The position numbers and the translations under genes were made by a program. Positions 1-11,067 of a stretch of 32,820 nucleotides of DNA are shown in pieces (the stretch's first letter is position 1; each line of letters opens with the position of its first letter). The stretch is from Octopus bimaculoides (lineage: Eukaryota), in NCBI RefSeq assembly GCF_001194135.2, contig NC_068982.1:184928501-184961320 (forward strand), read 5' to 3'. Under the pieces are notes generated by a model that searched no databases, was not told the origin of the DNA, and saw only the letters and a program-made list of their open reading frames with translations.

Positions 1-11
1 AAAATATAAAA

Positions 12-321
12 CGATAAACGTCGCCCTTTCAAAGCCTACCCAGGTTCATGGGCCCGGTTTTTCGGTTTCCATGGCGTATGTGTTCCTCCCAGCTGGACGG
101 GACGCCAGTCCATCGCAGCGTTACTCAAGAAACAGGAAAAAAGAGTGAGAGAAAGTTGGGGCGAAAGAGTACAACAGGGGTCGCCACCACCCCCTGCCGG
201 AGCCTCGTGGAGCTTAGGTTTTTCGCTCATTAAACACTCACAACGCCCGGTCTGGGAATCGAAACCGCGATCCTCCGACCGCGAATCCGCTGCAGTAACC
301 ACTGGGTCATTGCGCCTCCAC
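12..321 (-). mobile_element. tRNA-derived SINE with V-domain-like central region
   Basis: Minus strand begins GTGGAGGCGCAATGACCCAGTGGTT (A-box-like) with B-box-like GGTTTCGATTCCC (254-266). The body contains CGCTGCGATGGACTGGCGTCCCGTCCAG (93-120), resembling the V-SINE domain as I recall it. ATATAAAA occurs at 4-11 and 324-331 (possible TSD, weak). Confidence 0.75.
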
Positions 322-407
322 ATATATAAAATATAGGGTAAAATTAATAATTAATAAGTTTACCAAGTAGTTCGGTATGTTAATAGAACCATTATCGGTA
401 AACTTAT

Positions 408-602
408 ACAAAAATTTTATAATTATAAGCATAATTATAATTAGGGATTAGCAAAATTGCTTCACCACATACCGAAATTTATAAATAGCAGTTAAATACT
501 ATTCCACTACCATAAGATATCTCCCAGACAGCTGTCTGGGAGATCGTGAGAAATTTTGCTGAACCCGAATTATAATTATGCTTATAATTATAAAATTTTT
601 GT
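408..602. repeat. Foldback/MITE-like inverted repeat: perfect 35-bp arms at 408-442 and 568-602
   Basis: ACAAAAATTTTATAATTATAAGCATAATTATAATT is the exact reverse complement of 568-602. Imperfect pairing continues inward (AGCAAAATT 450-458 / AATTTTGCT 552-560). A 26-bp perfect palindrome sits at 519-544. Confidence 0.9.
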
Positions 603-659
603 GTATATATATATAACAAATAATGGAGACGGAATATGGAATATACGAGACTTTATAGC

Positions 660-751
660 TCACAACGATTGTTTCGACCCATCTTGCATTGATCCCACGC
701 GGGTGGGAAACTGTGCAACTGGTTTCGGTGCAGGAGTGTCTCATCAGGTGA
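660..751 (-). ncRNA. Candidate minimal type-I hammerhead ribozyme (Penelope-like-element/retrozyme type)
   Basis: Minus strand reads UCAC-CUGAUGA-GAC...GUC-GAAA-C-AAUC-G-UU-GUGA. All core positions are present, with stem I UCAC/GUGA, stem II closed by GAC/GUC, a 2-bp stem III with tetraloop, and a GUU cleavage triplet (cut between 664 and 663). Confidence 0.6.
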
Positions 752-857
752 TTTAACAAGGGGTGTCCCGTTAAATATACCCTGTTTCGCTCGGTTTTTA
801 ATTCAGCATATCATAAGCGACAGTAGGTTTTAGCCCTTAGGTAAGAATACATATTGT

Positions 858-926
<69 letters not shown>
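858..926. repeat. (GATA)n microsatellite
   Basis: Uninterrupted TAGA/GATA run. Confidence 0.98.
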
Positions 927-1244
927 TATACACAACACAGTGTGAACCATAAATTTGAAATAAATTTAAATATTACGAAGACTAGCTTGGGTGAAATAAA
1001 AAGAATGTTAAGTGTAAACATATTGCTTCTCTGCTAGTGATGCATGGAAAAAGGTGGTACTTACCAGACGGAACATTTCACGATTTGTCGATCGCTTTTG
1101 TTGATCAAAACTCGTGCAATATCAGGAGACTCTTCTGTTCTTTTTCTGCACATCAAAAGCATAAGAGTAATATGTTTACATTCTTCTTATTTCACCCATA
1201 GCTATGTAAATTTGTTTCAGTTCTTCATATGTATGCGTTTATGA

Positions 1245-1370
1245 ATGTGTATGCAAGTGTGGATGTGTTCTGAGTGGATGTGTTCTGAGTGGATGTGTTC
1301 TGAGTGGATGTGTTCTGAGTGGATGTGTATTGACACATCCACTCAGACACATCTACACTTACATACACAT
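1245..1370. repeat. 15-bp minisatellite (GTGGATGTGTTCTGA x ~5) forming one arm of an inverted repeat
   Basis: Units at 1259, 1274, 1289, 1304 and 1319. Segment 1333-1370 is an inverted copy of the units plus the left flank. Confidence 0.9.
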
Positions 1371-1580
1371 AAATACTCGTGTATATGTGTGTATGTGTGT
1401 ATGCGCACGCTGATTTATGGCAGATGAATAAGAGAGGAGTGCTCACCACATGTTTTAGAGGAAATGGGTTATTAATGAAACTGAAAATGAATGTTTATCA
1501 CGTTACTTGTGTTTCATGGCAGTGCGATCTACAGGCGAAAACTGTTACAAATCTGTATTGGTGGTAAATTTATATCCTTT

Positions 1581-1583
<3 letters not shown>

Positions 1584-1632
<49 letters not shown>

Positions 1633-1723
1633 TATGTGTGTGTGGGTGTGTGTGGGTGCGTGTATGTGTGCGTGTGTGTGTATGTTTGTGTGTGTGTGTC
1701 TGCCTGTCTGTCTGTCTGTCTGT
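1584..1723. repeat. Compound (TG)n/(TCTG)n microsatellite
   Basis: Direct reading. Confidence 0.97.
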
Positions 1724-3018
1724 ATATTCTTACAAAGTATACCCAACGAAAACAGTTGTGTCTCATCTTCTCGTACTCTTTATTGTTTTACACTTCCTCA
1801 CCGACACAAAACATTTTGTCCAGTTGTATTTTTATTTCAAGAGAACTGTATCAGTCTTCCGGAATTCTCTGGTCACCCATCTGCTCTTTCCGATATCGAT
1901 TTGCAGAATTTTAAAACTGAACTTCAGTTGCATCAGTCAGAGAAATCACCGAGGGTCTACGAGAATCAATTTCATGGGCCATTGATAAGATCGATCTCAC
2001 TGGCATGATCTACACGGATCATTGACATTAATCTCTTCTCTATTTCTCTAGAAGGATCTACAGAGTCACCGACGCGGTCTTTTCTCTGGGATGGATTTCA
2101 TAGAGTATTGATCCTGCCTATTTCCCTGAGATAGTCTATATGCGTTATTAACACTACATTCTTCTTTTGAAGGGCCTTCATAAGCCATGGATGTCACTCA
2201 CTTTGGAAATATGTATACAGGTCACTAAGACTACCATCTACTATGGGTGGATCTACATAGGCCATCGACACAGTCCTTCTGGGAGGTATGTCATGGGTCA
2301 TTCACACCGTCGAACTTTGATGGAACTCTTATGTCACAAACACTGCCCATTCTCTATGAGAGCCTAAATGTCATTAGCATTGAACGCCTTCTCCGAAAGG
2401 GTTTACTTGACTCATTGGCATGCCGCCTTCTTTGAGAAAGCCTCAAAGTCATTGATACTACCTACCACAGCGGGCCACATGGATCGTTCACATTTGCCCT
2501 TCTTTTCTTCTGAGCAAATGTTTGGCACAGCTTCCATTAAAAAAGTTCGCTATCTATTGATTGAGGTCCGTGCTCTCCCATGGAAATATATTTTACAACC
2601 ACAATACTATACTTCAGAAATATTATCAGCACATTGCCGTTGAGAGAGAAATACCAATACTATGTGAAAAACAAATTCTTGGTGAGCAGTTGAAAAAAAC
2701 TACTTGCAGCATGGTTGGAACGGTTACAGGTGGACCCAATTTATTGTGGTAGCTGCATGAATAAGGGAAAGAAAAAAGAGTGCTACAATATGGGCCAAAT
2801 GAAACCAGAGATTATTCTCCCCAGTAGCATCAACGTTGCTCGGCAACGCCGGAGAGGGCAATACTGTATAAAAGGTACCGAAATAGCTCTCTTCTGTAAC
2901 TGAGGTTTGATAAAGGAATAGTCCCTCAATGTAGTCTGTTAATAATATAATTTAGTATAGCAAAAGTATAAAATAATATTAAAACAAAACAATAACTTTA
3001 GGCAAGAAAATTCTGCTT

Positions 3019-3555
<537 letters not shown>

Positions 3556-4134
3556 TTATATATCAGCCATGATTGAAAAAAATGTTAGAGATTATTTATA
3601 GACATTTGAGAAATAATTTAATACTATGTATTATAAATAATATAATACTGTCTATTATATATCGATATATCGATTACTTACATTGGCACATTTCCTACAA
3701 AGACAGATTTATACAGAAAAAGAACAGAAGGAATTTTAGTGAAGTGATATATAAGAAATTTATGATTATCATATTTTTATATGAAGAGCAGAAATATTTG
3801 AAGATATTAAATTACTAATGTGGTAAAAACGAAGGAGTGGCTTAGAGCACTGGTGTAGAATAGAGTAAGGAGTTCTGAGTTCAAATCCTGTGGAATGGAT
3901 ATTCCATAACGAATATACATGTTGCGTAAATCTCAATACGTAATCCTATTAACATGATCATAGGATAATAAAATAACACTGAGCGTTAGGAGCTGGAACC
4001 GCAGATCACAGAACAGTTCATCTGATAAAATCTTGCACAATTCCAAGTGACCCAAAGTCATTCATTTCTTTTGGATCGTGAGAGATATTTATCGAACCTA
4101 GCACTACGTGATTGCAAAACAGACGTCTTTACTA

Positions 4135-5055
4135 TCAGGTTGAGTAAGCAACGTTTTGAAACGTGAAATTCATCACAATATATTAATTTCAACAATGCGG
4201 ATATTTTATTCATCAAAGTAAGTTATAAGTTTGTTTACTCTGGTAACATAAAAACCTGGAGTTCTGGAGCTGATGAACTGTTTCAACGCACTTTCAGCAT
4301 CGATTTGATTTTTGAACTCCTTCTTTTGCAGAGCTCGGGTTTAGGGAAGATTTTCGGTGCATCATTTTAGTTCAAACACTGCGAAGAACGTTTTTTTATT
4401 ATTGTACAGAATCTACTTTTTATCGCAATACGGTCGAGAAATGGATCGGTCTGGTTACGGAGAAGAAGCGACGAGCAAATCTCTTACCTGCGCATTTTCT
4501 GATTTTCATTCAAATCGTGTGGTACCCATTTGTCGAGCTTTTATGATTTTCCGATCGCATACAAATGGTTTCAGACAGTTTTCTTGCTAACTTGAAGTTC
4601 ATTTGCCAGTTCTCGAGTGGTTTTACGAGGATCTTTCTCAATGATGGCCTTTAATTGACCGTCATCGATGACAGATGGACGTCCACTACGCTCACGATCT
4701 TCAAGGCTCAAGTCTCCACTGTGAAATCGTTTAAATGATTTTCTGGCTGACCACTCACTGGTCATTTCCTCACCAAACGTTTCGTTGATATCGCGAGCAG
4801 TTTCAGCTACTTTACGTCATTTTTTGAAGTTGAATAGCAAAATTGCTCGAATATCGCGCTTTGGCAATTCCATTTCAGATTATTGTAACAACGGTGAAAA
4901 AAATGTCAATGTTAATTTATTGATGTGTTTGGGCAAGTCTATATCTATTATCAGACAACTGTAAAAAAAATGTCGAAAATAAATTCAAAACTCTGAAAAA
5001 ATCCGGTACAAATTCTCTATATTTCAAAACGTTGCTTACTTTTTACTCGACCTGA
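4135..5055 (-). mobile_element. Internally deleted mariner DNA transposon (cecropia/Hsmar1-like), 921 bp, with TIRs and TA TSD
   Basis: Left end TA|TCAGGTTGAGTAAGCAACGTTTTGAAA. Right end reverse complement TA|TCAGGTCGAGTAAAAAGTAAGCAACGTTTTGAAA. TA at 4133-4134 and 5056-5057. Encloses a transposase pseudogene. Confidence 0.95.
4206..4873 (-). pseudogene. Mariner transposase pseudogene with stops, frameshifts and loss of the central catalytic region
   Basis: Conceptual translation: MELPKRDIRAILLFNFKK*RKVAETARDINETFGE...EDRERSGRPS...KLDKWVPHDL...PFLDRI...DKK*ILYNN...PKPEL, then a jump near 4315-4330 to FKNQIDAESALKQFISSRTPGFY...YFDE*. The WVPHxL and SGRP motifs are mariner-diagnostic. The HDNA and YSPDL regions are absent. 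Confidence 0.93.
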
Positions 5056-5109
5056 TATATAGCCATGAGCTTATGGGAAACTTGCCAATAAATAGTTAAA
5101 CACCATAAC

Positions 5110-5830
5110 TCCTTCATTATATTAACTAATATTTGCGCCATAGCAACCCAACTCTTGAATCCTTGAAAAAATTCAGGGAAGCACAACTCTACCCACTTCT
5201 TCACAGCCACTTTCACTTCGTCTGTGTCATCAAATCATTATCCCAGAAGACTTATCTTTATTAGACCAAACAGGTAGAAATCGGAAGTCACCAGATCTGG
5301 GCTATACTGAGCATCTCAATTTGCCGATTGTTAGATTAGTTGCCAAAGATGTTTGTCATGGTAAACGTGGATCGCTTTCAGATTTATGCTCGATATCTTC
5401 CTCCTAATGGTTTGATTACGCTTTTTGAGTGTTTCAATGTTCCGCCGACCGTTGGCTCTTCAACTTCTTAGGCCTGCCAGTAAAGGTGTAACTCTATTCC
5501 ATGGCCTAAGCCTGTTTCCTGCAGAAAGATACACTCATGTTTTATCCGCTATCGCCAGTTTGGAAAATCTTGTCTTTATTGGCTTCAAACACTTCCAGCA
5601 GATCAGAACATATTTCCACCCATCTCTTTCAAATCGGGTGTTAACTAGTGCAGTAGCCACTTTTTCATTGAATGTCTCCAGTCGTCAACCATCTTTTGTA
5701 ATGCATTACGGCCACAATCCAGTTGTGCAGCATGAATTTTCAGCTCCAAACGTGTCCATTATTGCTCATACCCTTACAACGAGGACGACTCAAATTTGGA
5801 AGGACAACTGAGATCTCTGAGGAGTATTTT
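5110..5830 (-). pseudogene. Second, older mariner transposase fossil from a different lineage
   Basis: Minus-strand fragments in the expected order: EICSDLLEVFEAN, ADKT*VY, RPKKLKSQRSA, IRRKISSINLKAIHVYHDK, YSPDLVTSDFYLFG (5292-5306), FDDTDEVKVAVKKW...EFFKD. No TIRs seen. Confidence 0.85.
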
Positions 5831-6919
5831 CTCTCAAAAAATTTCATTCAGCCAGCAGCACCTGGATCAAACTAGACAACAGATACACTTGCAGCTTCAG
5901 TAAGTGAATGCAGAAATTTCCCATTGCTTAAATCGTACAATGATAGGAATGATTGCAGAAATCTACTTACAAAAATATGGAAATAGAGTACCGGCATATG
6001 TTAATATATTACTGGTCTGTAAATTCCTAATGATGTGCATTTAGAGAGATTTCAAATATCAATTATCCATCCACTAACATTTCTCAGTCTGCTTCCTTAT
6101 ATAATTACTGTATCTCTAGACTTTCAAAGGTATGCGCTTATCTAAAACAATTTGTCGAATCAAGGCTACCCTAAAAATATTTATAAAAGAGCTTACAGAA
6201 AATCTTTAAAAGAATTCTTGCAAAATACGTATACATTCAGACATGCAGAAAACTCCACACCACTTCACTTTCCAGATGTATTTAAAGTTTAAAGGATTAC
6301 AGTTATTTACAATTACAAAATCGATTTGTTCATTATAGAATGTTCACAAACACCCACAGACACCGACATTAATTATCCTAAGTCATGTTGTTTCTCAGAG
6401 TCATATAACATCCTATTACGGTATTTTGTAACTTTGACTATAAAGACGAATTTAGTGAATGCTTGCAGACACATACATCGATATTGAAGAATTTCCAAAT
6501 AGAACTGGTCAAAGTAGTTTATTTCCGCACATAATGAGTTTGGTATATACTGAACGGAAATCATATAATAGGAAAAGCATTCAGTTATTCACCAACTTTA
6601 AAACTTCTTGTCTTTATGTCTATGGTTTTTACATATATGATAATGAATACATGATATCATGTTTTTGTATGAGAATAGATGAGTACATCACATTTTCTAT
6701 GCATAGCACTCAAATAGATAAATGTGTGACATACTTTCTAAGACGGTTTTTTTTCTCGGCAAATAATCAAATATCGTTGACTTATATTTCGATATATTAA
6801 CGAATATTTTTGCTTATATATTGTCATGTTGTTTCCCTAGTTCAAATATGTAAATAATTGGCAATCTGAAACTCAGAAATACAATTCAATAAGCTTCATC
6901 TAATAGTATATAATATACA

Positions 6920-7200
6920 TATTCCTTGCACTGTGGAAAACTCCTTTCAACAGCCGTGGATTGGAGATCACAACGATTTCGACACCTTGAAACATAGCGC
7001 TTCATCCAGTGATACTTAACAGCATTGATGAGACTTGACAATGTCCAGATTGTATTTCCTGCGGTGTAGCATGATTTACCTTTCTTCATCCATGATTCCC
7101 CGGCAACGAACAATACAACTGTAACCACTCCTGCCGTAGACGATTTATTTTTCTGATTATTCATTGAGGATTTATTTTTTACGCCTAGCAGTGGTCTTTC
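6920..7200 (-). pseudogene. Possible highly degraded mariner-like transposase remnant (overlaps open ORF 6886-7164)
   Basis: Ordered weak motif echoes across frames: VAGESW (~VTGDESW), KKGK...AGNTIW (~KKAK...AGKVM.TVFW), INAVKY (~TINAE.Y), PRLLKGVFH (~RPGLLKKGVLFHHDN). Confidence 0.35.
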
Positions 7201-7262
7201 TCTCGCATACGTCTACCAGATCCATTACGAAGTATTTCCTTTTTGCCTTTCCACACCATACT

Positions 7263-7380
<118 letters not shown>

Positions 7381-7472
7381 TCACACAACTTTTTGTATAT
7401 ACATAGACACATACATGTATACACCTACACATATATACATATATGTGAATGAACGTTTGTATATATTGTGCG

Positions 7473-7506
<34 letters not shown>

Positions 7507-7778
7507 TCTACAAGCACACAGGCACTTGTTCTTAAGCTCTCGCCTCATCGGCATCACCACTAACACCGCAACCACCACTATCACCCACGCAACCATCATC
7601 CGCACCACCATCACCACCGTCACTATCCTGTAAATTTAAAGTTCCCAAGGAAGCTATATCAGCAGTCCTATATCAAGTATGTCTCCGCCACAATCAATAC
7701 ATAGTCTGACTTATAATAAATAATACATAATCCACTGTGACTATTATATTTTTGCTTTTTGTTCAGGCTTTTACTTTA

Positions 7779-7827
7779 ACAACAACAACAACAACAACAT
7801 AACAACAACAACAGCAATAACAACAAC

Positions 7828-7868
<41 letters not shown>

Positions 7869-7870
7869 TG
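7779..7870. repeat. (CAA)n grading into (TAA)n
   Basis: Direct reading. Confidence 0.96.
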
Positions 7871-8110
7871 ATTAATTCGTTTTATTCGCCACAACGGCTA
7901 ATATCAAGGTTTTGTCCGAAAAGGTAGGAAAGTTCGTCTAAACAGAGGAAGAAAACGGAGAAAGATATAATAGATAAATAGATAAATAAATAAATAAATA
8001 AATAAATAGAACTCCCAAAGGGTGAGGCGCTTCGAAAAAGGAAAGGTTACACGTGGGAAAACCCATAAAACCACGGGAGCCTGGTCAGAAAAAATAAGAA
8101 ACGGGTATAG
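7870..8110 (-). mobile_element. Possible 3' end of a non-LTR retroelement with (ATT)n tail, truncated by a gap
   Basis: Minus strand shows a pyrimidine-rich UTR-like tract, then AATAAA just before the (ATT)n run. No coding sequence is visible. Confidence 0.3.
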
Positions 8111-8974
8111 NNNNNNNNNNNNNNNNNNNNNNNNNNNNNNNNNNNNNNNNNNNNNNNNNNNNNNNNNNNNNNNNNNNNNNNNNNNNNNNNNNNNNNNNNN
8201 NNNNNNNNNNNNNNNNNNNNNNNNNNNNNNNNNNNNNNNNNNNNNNNNNNNNNNNNNNNNNNNNNNNNNNNNNNNNNNNNNNNNNNNNNNNNNNNNNNNN
8301 NNNNNNNNNNNNNNNNNNNNNNNNNNNNNNNNNNNNNNNNNNNNNNNNNNNNNNNNNNNNNNNNNNNNNNNNNNNNNNNNNNNNNNNNNNNNNNNNNNNN
8401 NNNNNNNNNNNNNNNNNNNNNNNNNNNNNNNNNNNNNNNNNNNNNNNNNNNNNNNNNNNNNNNNNNNNNNNNNNNNNNNNNNNNNNNNNNNNNNNNNNNN
8501 NNNNNNNNNNNNNNNNNNNNNNNNNNNNNNNNNNNNNNNNNNNNNNNNNNNNNNNNNNNNNNNNNNNNNNNNNNNNNNNNNNNNNNNNNNNNNNNNNNNN
8601 NNNNNNNNNNNNNNNNNNNNNNNNNNNNNNNNNNNNNNNNNNNNNNNNNNNNNNNNNNNNNNNNNNNNNNNNNNNNNNNNNNNNNNNNNNNNNNNNNNNN
8701 NNNNNNNNNNNNNNNNNNNNNNNNNNNNNNNNNNNNNNNNNNNNNNNNNNNNNNNNNNNNNNNNNNNNNNNNNNNNNNNNNNNNNNNNNNNNNNNNNNNN
8801 NNNNNNNNNNNNNNNNNNNNNNNNNNNNNNNNNNNNNNNNNNNNNNNNNNNNNNNNNNNNNNNNNNNNNNNNNNNNNNNNNNNNNNNNNNNNNNNNNNNN
8901 NNNNNNNNNNNNNNNNNNNNNNNNNNNNNNNNNNNNNNNNNNNNNNNNNNNNNNNNNNNNNNNNNNNNNNNNNN

Positions 8975-9164
8975 GGGCCGCAGGTTTAGGGGAGGGGATG
9001 AGTCGATTAAATCGACCCAGTGTTCAACTGGTACTTATTTTATTGACCCTGAAGAATGAAAGGTAAAGTCGACCTCGGCGGAATTTGAAATCAGAACGTA
9101 GCGACGGACGAAATATCACTAGGCATTTCGTCCGGCGCACTAACGATTCTGCCAGCTCGCTGCC

Positions 9165-9165
<1 letters not shown>
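8975..9165 (-). mobile_element. SINE family B (tRNA head, Nin/Deu-like core, (ATT)n tail); 3' end lost in gap
   Basis: Minus strand AGGCAGCGAGCTGGCAGAATCGTTAG...GATTTCAAATTCCGCCGAGGTCGACTTTACCTTTCATTC. Confidence 0.9.
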
Positions 9166-9230
<65 letters not shown>

Positions 9231-9232
<2 letters not shown>

Positions 9233-9446
9233 CCTTTCTACTAAAAACACAACACCTGAAATTTGCGGGGATGGGTCTACTCGATTACATCACCCCTAGT
9301 GTTTCACTGGTACTTAATTTATTGACATCCAAAAGGATGAAAGTCAAAGTCGACCTCGACAGAATTTGAAATCGGAACGTAGCGACGGGCGAAATACCGC
9401 TAAGCATTTCGTCCAGCGTTCTAACGATTCTGCCAGCTCGCCGCCT
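9231..9446 (-). mobile_element. SINE family B, full length; its (TAA)n tail (9166-9230) abuts the head of the previous copy
   Basis: Same consensus, from ATCCTTTCTAC to CTCGCCGCCT on the + strand. TAA repeats on both sides. Confidence 0.92.
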
Positions 9447-9951
9447 TGATGATAATAATAATAATAATAACAGCAACAACAATATTAAGAAATAGCAACA
9501 AAAACTTCCATAACCAAACAGGAAAAGTCTACAATTTCCCAATCTCCACAAAAAACAAGAACATAATTGCTGCATACATCTCAGGGATACAGGCAATAGA
9601 GTTAAAAACGATTATATGTATGCATATCCATACATATATATGTATGGATATACATATAATCTTCAATTTATTTAAAAACGAGATATACCTCCCTGCTCAG
9701 TGCTCAATAAGAAATTCCAGTTTAATTTAATTAGAACTGACGCTGCTCGCGTGCATACTACTTATAATATATTCGTTCGGATATATGTATGTATTCCCTA
9801 TCAGTCTCCACTATGTCCAAACTCACAGAAACCAAGAAAGAAATATCAATAAAGTAACGTTTTGGAGAATGACTTTGTCCGAAACGACGGAAATTTCTTT
9901 CTCGGCGACATACTGACTTTTAAAAAACTTCAATATTTTGCCAATATAATG

Positions 9952-9956
9952 TTGTT

Positions 9957-10035
<79 letters not shown>

Positions 10036-10059
10036 TGGTAGTGGTAGTGGTAGTAGTAG
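9952..10059. repeat. (TAG)n/(TAGTGG)n microsatellite ending in a gap
   Basis: Direct reading. Confidence 0.97.
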
Positions 10060-10456
10060 NNNNNNNNNNNNNNNNNNNNNNNNNNNNNNNNNNNNNNNNN
10101 NNNNNNNNNNNNNNNNNNNNNNNNNNNNNNNNNNNNNNNNNNNNNNNNNNNNNNNNNNNNNNNNNNNNNNNNNNNNNNNNNNNNNNNNNNNNNNNNNNNN
10201 NNNNNNNNNNNNNNNNNNNNNNNNNNNNNNNNNNNNNNNNNNNNNNNNNNNNNNNNNNNNNNNNNNNNNNNNNNNNNNNNNNNNNNNNNNNNNNNNNNNN
10301 NNNNNNNNNNNNNNNNNNNNNNNNNNNNNNNNNNNNNNNNNNNNNNNNNNNNNNNNNNNNNNNNNNNNNNNNNNNNNNNNNNNNNNNNNNNNNNNNNNNN
10401 NNNNNNNNNNNNNNNNNNNNNNNNNNNNNNNNNNNNNNNNNNNNNNNNNNNNNNNN

Positions 10457-10491
<35 letters not shown>

Positions 10492-11024
10492 CACAAACAG
10501 AGAAGGGGGAATATATGTATGACTGCATAAATATAAAAAAACAATCGTTGAAAAAAAATGTAGAATTGTTAAAATAAAAAATGAAATAAATTTGACCCCA
10601 ATTACACTTGCTGGATATCAGTATCGAACTCGGGAATCAATACATTGATTGCGTGCTGGCAAAATGTATAAAGTTAAATAAACAAGTCCACACAAGCCAA
10701 TAAGAATGGCGAATTTCTCTTGAAAACTCATCACATTCAAGTTATATTCTTTAGATGCCATACACAAAAAAATAAGCATTCACATATACGCAATATATGT
10801 GTATGTGTGTGCGTGTGTTTTGTATGTATGTATGTATGTATGTATGTATGTATGTATGTACCACTTGTTGTTTGCAGGCATATATTTATTACCACATACC
10901 ATGATATGTACATATATTTAAAAGTTGTTTACATATACATAGTTAGATACGTTGATGCACCCACACACATACACACACACACATGCATTCACGCATATAT
11001 CTTTGTAAGTATATACATACGTGC

Positions 11025-11067
<43 letters not shown>

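Larger units (their letters stand above)
4091..5068 (-). mobile_element. Decayed tRNA-SINE head interrupted by the mariner insertion
   Basis: Joining 4091-4134 to 5058-5068 gives, on the minus strand, GCTCATGGCTATAGTAAAGACGTCTGTTTTGCAATCACGTAGTGCTAGGTTCGAT, which resembles the SINE heads at 16331 and 11832. Confidence 0.35.

Noticed and set aside
1259-1333. Regular 15-bp repeats resembling a CRISPR array
   Set aside because: There are no spacers, no cas genes, and the context is eukaryotic; it is a tandem minisatellite.
1800-2650. Possible very old RTE remnant on the minus strand (PSKF, DGSLSD, EIEKRL, MGDQRIP echoes)
   Set aside because: The motifs are short and in different frames, and their spacing is inconsistent with RTE; this cannot be supported without a profile search.
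9821-9916. Possible 86-90 nt minus-strand exon ending in GTGAGT
   Set aside because: Weak acceptor, two open frames, no recognisable protein and no linkage to other exons.
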